64,000 nucleotides of DNA. Origin: Planctomycetota bacterium (GTDB lineage: Bacteria > Planctomycetota > UBA8108 > UBA1146). The notes under the pieces are model-generated. The model had not been told where the DNA came from, searched no databases, and was given only the letters and a program-made list of their open reading frames with translations. Made by a program: the position numbers and the translations under genes. Every line of letters starts with the position of its first letter. Position 1 is the stretch's first letter. The stretch covers positions 43,216 through 107,215 of the forward strand of contig JAYZBV010000113.1 in assembly GCA_036338595.1 (NCBI GenBank). Direction: 5' to 3'. Of this stretch, positions 61,243 to 64,000 are shown in pieces.

Positions 61243-62699
61243 TGAGTTCCACTCCGGTTCGTGTCCGGATTGCGCCCAGCCCCACAGGTGATCCTCATGT
61301 AGGCACTGCCTATGTCGCCCTCTTCAATCGCACGCATGCCCGACAATCTGCTGGCCAGTTCCTGCTCAGGATCGACGACACTGACCGCACCCGTTATCAG
61401 GCCACCAGCGAGGAGAAGATCTTCGAGGCACTCGGGTGGCTCGGGCTGGACTGGGACGAAGGGCCGGACTGCGGTGGACCCTGTGCTCCCTACCGACAGA
61501 GCGAGCGCAATCAGATCTATCGCTCCCACACGGATTTGCTCCTCGAGAGGGGTGCGGCATATCGGTGTTTCTGCAGCCCCGAGAGACTCGCCGAAGTGAG
61601 ACAGGGACAGAAGCAGCGCAAGGAAAGGTTCGGTTATGACGGAGCCTGTCGAGACTTGGACGCCGGTGATTCGCAGAAAAGGGCTTCAGCGGGGGATCCG
61701 CATGTGATTCGACTTCGGGTCCCTGAAACGGGAGAAACCCGCTTCATCGATCAGATCCGGGGGGAGATCGTCGTTCAAAACGCCGAGATCGACGATCAAG
61801 TGCTGATCAAGTCCGATGGCTTTCCGACCTACCACCTCGCCAATGTCGTCGACGACATCGAGTTTGGCATCACGGATGTGCTGCGTGCCGAGGAATGGCT
61901 GATATCGACACCAAAACATGTACTGATCTACCAGGCGCTGGAGCAGCCGCTGCCGCGCTTCTTTCATGTTCCGCTGCTGAGAAACGCCGATCAGTCGAAA
62001 ATCTCCAAACGCAAGAACCCTGTCAGTCTCGACTGGTTCCGGGAGCAGGGCTACCTCAAGGAAGCATTGCTCAACTTTCTGGCCCTGATGGGCTGGTCTC
62101 CTCCCGATGAAGAAGAGGTCTTCGACCTCGATCGTTTCCAGCAAGAATTTCGCATCGAGGACATCTCCACCGGAGCCCCCGTCTTCGACCTCACCAAACT
62201 CGACTGGCTCAATGGAATGCACATCCGGAAACTGGATCTCGAGCAACTGCTTCAACGAATTGCCGATGAGGGATTCCTGCCGCAAGGGGTGACTCCCTCG
62301 CAGGCTGCCGCAGTACTGCCACTGGTCGTGGAGCGGATGGTGCGGCTGGCTGATTTCGAGACAAAGACCACCTGGTTCTTCTCTCAACCAGAGCCTCCTA
62401 CTGCGGAAGACCTGGTGCCTCGCAAGGGAAGCCCCGAGCAATCGCTGGAAGCGCTTCAGGCGACCTCAGGGCTGTTGAACTCCGATCTCCCTTTTCAGGG
62501 AGAGGCGATCGCCGAGGCTCTCGATGGATTGCTGGCCGAAAAGCAGTGGAAGAAACCGTTGCTCTTCATGCCATTGAGATTCGCACTGACCTCTCGCAGC
62601 GACTCACCTGATCTGATCGAGGTGATGGTTGTGCTGGGGAGGGATCGTGTGATCGAGCGGATTGAACGGGCCATCGAGATCTTGAAGAGTGCACCCTGA
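61242..62699 (+). CDS. gltX: glutamate--tRNA ligase
   Basis: RVRIAPSPTGDPHVGTAY (HIGH region) and KISKRK (KMSKS). Its ATG overlaps the ribE stop. Confidence 0.93.
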   Translation: MSSTPVRVRIAPSPTGDPHVGTAYVALFNRTHARQSAGQFLLRIDDTDRTRYQATSEEKIFEALGWLGLDWDEGPDCGGPCAPYRQSERNQIYRSHTDLLLERGAAYRCFCSPERLAEVRQGQKQRKERFGYDGACRDLDAGDSQKRASAGDPHVIRLRVPETGETRFIDQIRGEIVVQNAEIDDQVLIKSDGFPTYHLANVVDDIEFGITDVLRAEEWLISTPKHVLIYQALEQPLPRFFHVPLLRNADQSKISKRKNPVSLDWFREQGYLKEALLNFLALMGWSPPDEEEVFDLDRFQQEFRIEDISTGAPVFDLTKLDWLNGMHIRKLDLEQLLQRIADEGFLPQGVTPSQAAAVLPLVVERMVRLADFETKTTWFFSQPEPPTAEDLVPRKGSPEQSLEALQATSGLLNSDLPFQGEAIAEALDGLLAEKQWKKPLLFMPLRFALTSRSDSPDLIEVMVVLGRDRVIERIERAIEILKSAP

Positions 62700-63505
62700 T
62701 GATTCCTGCTCGCGTCGACCTTCATCTGCACACCCGGTGTAGCGATGGAATGCTCTCTCCTGCAGAGGTCCTGGAGCGAGCCCACGGTGTGCTCTCCTGT
62801 ATTTCCATCTGTGATCACGACACCTTGGCTGCCTACAGCGGTCTGGTCGTACCGGATGGGCTCAGGGTTCTCGCCGGAGTAGAGATGACCTGTCGTGCAG
62901 AAGCACACAATCTCCACCTGCTCGCCTATTTCCCCGAGGGTCTCGACAGTGACATCGAGGAGTGGATTCTGAAACTGGAAACGGATCGTAGAGAGAGAGT
63001 CATGGCCGGGGTGATGCGGCTGCGTGACGACGGGATTCCTCTCGCCATCGCCGACCTCGAACAGGAGTTGCAGGGGGGAGTCCCCTGTCGTTCTCATGTG
63101 GCCAGGGCACTGGTGCGTGGAGGGCTGTCCGCCACGACCAGGCCGCTCTACAAGCGGTGGCTCGGCGAAGAGCGATTTGCCAGACCTCGCCTGGAAGCCA
63201 CCGAGGCGATTGAACGGGTCCATCAATTTTCAGGGTTGGTGTTCTGGGCCCATCCTGCAGCAGTTCAACTCAAGCAGGTGGGTAGATGTCTCGCCGATGC
63301 GGGTCTCGATGGCGTCGAGTGCCTGTCACGGAACTTGAGTCCAAAGAACCGCGCAACTGCCAGAGCATTCGCAGAGGAGCACCAGCTGGGCAGTTGTGGT
63401 GGATCCGATCTCCATGGCGAAACCGCACGCTCACGTGTAGGGACATACGGAGTCCAGGAAGAATTGATCGATCCAAGATTGATGCAGTTCGAAAGAAAAC
63501 GCTGA
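62699..63505 (+). CDS. PHP-domain metal-dependent phosphoesterase (TrpH/YciV-like)
   Basis: VDLHLHTRCSDG, ISICDHDT, WAHP and GGSDLHG motifs. Its ATG overlaps the gltX stop. Confidence 0.85.
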   Translation: MIPARVDLHLHTRCSDGMLSPAEVLERAHGVLSCISICDHDTLAAYSGLVVPDGLRVLAGVEMTCRAEAHNLHLLAYFPEGLDSDIEEWILKLETDRRERVMAGVMRLRDDGIPLAIADLEQELQGGVPCRSHVARALVRGGLSATTRPLYKRWLGEERFARPRLEATEAIERVHQFSGLVFWAHPAAVQLKQVGRCLADAGLDGVECLSRNLSPKNRATARAFAEEHQLGSCGGSDLHGETARSRVGTYGVQEELIDPRLMQFERKR

Positions 63506-64000
63506 TCAACCGCCGAGAGAGTGCAGAAACTCCTCGTTGTCCTCGAAGGACCCCACGCGCTGAGTGAGAAGTTCCATACCCTCGATGGGATTGACACTGG
63601 TCAGTACTCTTCTCAGTTTCCAGATCTGATCGATCTCTTCGGGCGTATAGAGTTTCTCTTCCTTACGAGTTCCTGAAAGGGTGACATCGATGGCGGGGAA
63701 AACCCTCTGGTCCGCAAGTTTTCTGGAGAGTACCAGTTCCATGTTTCCGGTTCCCTTGAACTCCTCGAAGATCACCTCGTCCATGCGGCTGCCTGTCTCG
63801 ATGAGCGCTGTTGCAATGATGGTGAGGCTGCCGCCATCCTCGACATTTCTGGCTGCACCAAAAATAGCCTTCGGTTTTTCCAGTGTTTTCGCGTCAACAC
63901 CTCCAGAGAGGGTTCGACCACTGTGTGCTGTCTCCAGGTTGTATGCTCGTCCCAGTCGAGTCAGGGAATCGAGCAGGAGCACCACATCGCACTTCGCCTC
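63506..64000 (-). CDS. rho: transcription termination factor Rho, C-terminal part (gene continues past the right edge)
   Basis: [14 protein letters not shown]...[20 protein letters not shown]...[40 protein letters not shown]. The reading frame stays open to position 64000. Confidence 0.92.
   Translation of the reverse strand, partial: EAKCDVVLLLDSLTRLGRAYNLETAHSGRTLSGGVDAKTLEKPKAIFGAARNVEDGGSLTIIATALIETGSRMDEVIFEEFKGTGNMELVLSRKLADQRVFPAIDVTLSGTRKEEKLYTPEEIDQIWKLRRVLTSVNPIEGMELLTQRVGSFEDNEEFLHSLGG

Overview
This 64-kb window is mostly housekeeping chromosome from a diderm bacterium, and almost all of it is coding. The domain repertoire (DUF1573, dockerin-like C-termini, TPR plus FG-GAP/ASPIC, HEAT-repeat secreted proteins) looks Planctomycetota/PVC-like to me, but that is inference only.

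Recognisable blocks:
- Translation and replication: selU; tRNA-Ala; tRNA-Gln followed by glmU-prs-rplY-pth; rpsF-ssb-rpsR-rplI-dnaB; rpsB-tsf-pyrH-frr followed by tRNA-Lys and tRNA-Glu; argS; glyQS; gltX.
- Lipid A: lpxD at one site, and skp-like/lpxC-fabZ fusion/lpxA/Gfo-Idh-MocA oxidoreductase at another.
- Fatty-acid and amino-acid catabolism: gcdH, fadA-fadB.
- Regulatory/AAA-type genes: prkA, moxR, mazG.
- Other metabolism: pgk, an IMPase, a cysteine desulfurase, ribE.
- Cell shape: a complete mreB-mreC-mreD-mrdA-rodA elongasome operon.
- Window edges: a partial rho at the right edge and a partial ECF sigma factor at the left edge.
- Large secreted proteins between these blocks: a beta-propeller/3x P-domain/2x PKD/dockerin protein, a HEAT protein, TPR plus ASPIC/FG-GAP, a VWA protein, and a cohesin-like/dockerin protein.

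I saw no CRISPR array, transposase, integrase or prophage.

The most interesting locus is an insulated two-gene operon at 48553-50354 (minus strand). It encodes a MamK-like actin paralog, translationally coupled to a proline-rich coiled-coil partner with no domain I recognise. It sits far from any magnetosome genes.

Other items worth a second look:
- a G9 tract in the adjacent divergent promoter region
- a perfect 4x21-bp tandem repeat upstream of tRNA-Ala
- an orphan strong intrinsic terminator after about 415 nt of apparently non-coding DNA
- long acidic repeat tails on ribosomal proteins
- a 97-nt convergent gene overlap

All calls come from reading the ORF translations and the DNA by eye; no searches were run.
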